Positions 63,634-64,000 of a stretch of DNA of 64,000 nucleotides are shown piece after piece. The DNA lies in the NCBI RefSeq assembly GCF_963921235.1, contig NC_086102.1:161324001-161388000 (forward strand). Reading direction: 5' to 3'. This stretch comes from Mobula hypostoma (Eukaryota). Below the pieces are notes generated by a model, which worked only from the letters and a program-made list of their open reading frames with translations, ran no database searches and was not told where the DNA came from. Position 1 is the stretch's first letter; the number at the start of each line of letters is the position of its first letter. A program made the position numbers and the translations under genes.

Positions 63634-64000
63634 GTTGGATTATGGGGATAAAACTTTATGAATATGAAATTCACAATCTAATCCATTCAACTGACAAAAC
63701 AGTTAACTTTCGTTTTTATTTTACTCTAATAAATTAATATGACTCAATCTTTTGTCCCACCACCCTTTTCCTTCTTTCTTTCCCATAATATTTTAATGGT
63801 AAGGAAGTAATTGTGTTACCGACTTGATATCAAAATACAATGCTGTCAAAGCTTGTTAAAACCACATTCTTTTTCCCCCACGAAATATGCATTATAAATG
63901 TTAAATCTTGACAGTATTGTTTAAAAAAAAACTTAATGTGAATTTAATACCCTTTATGTGATCTTCATATGCTCTTACTAACAATAACAAAAAGCACTTA

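Overview
Eukaryotic (vertebrate) genomic DNA covering part of the titin (TTN/connectin) gene on the + strand. Repeat content (CR1-like LINEs, Penelope-type fold-backs, V-SINE-like elements) suggests a cartilaginous fish, probably a ray; this is inference. I traced a continuous, phase-compatible GT-AG exon chain homologous to human TTN exons ~23-44 (Z-disc edge and proximal I-band Ig domains; human numbering and lengths recalled from memory). It is followed by a heavily remodelled novex/N2B region: a probable decayed novex-1 remnant, a novex-2-like exon with an extra Ig, an additional linker+Ig cassette exon, the short exon-47 homolog, an intact novex-3 terminal region split by a 98-nt intron, and an N2B exon that is clearly pseudogenised (nonsense substitutions plus several frameshifts). 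Introns up to ~45.5 kb contain a complete but degenerate antisense Gypsy LTR retrotransposon, CR1 and Rex-like LINE fragments, SINEs, and a family of Penelope-derived fold-back insertions with 11-17 bp target-site duplications that carry minimal hammerhead-ribozyme motifs. Main leads: (1) the cardiac N2B spring exon is dead while the novex-3 5' half has an Ig-unique-Ig, in-frame, donor-bearing structure that could act as a replacement spring; (2) hammerhead-bearing fold-back retroelements inside titin introns. TE boundaries are approximate and no alignments or searches could be run.
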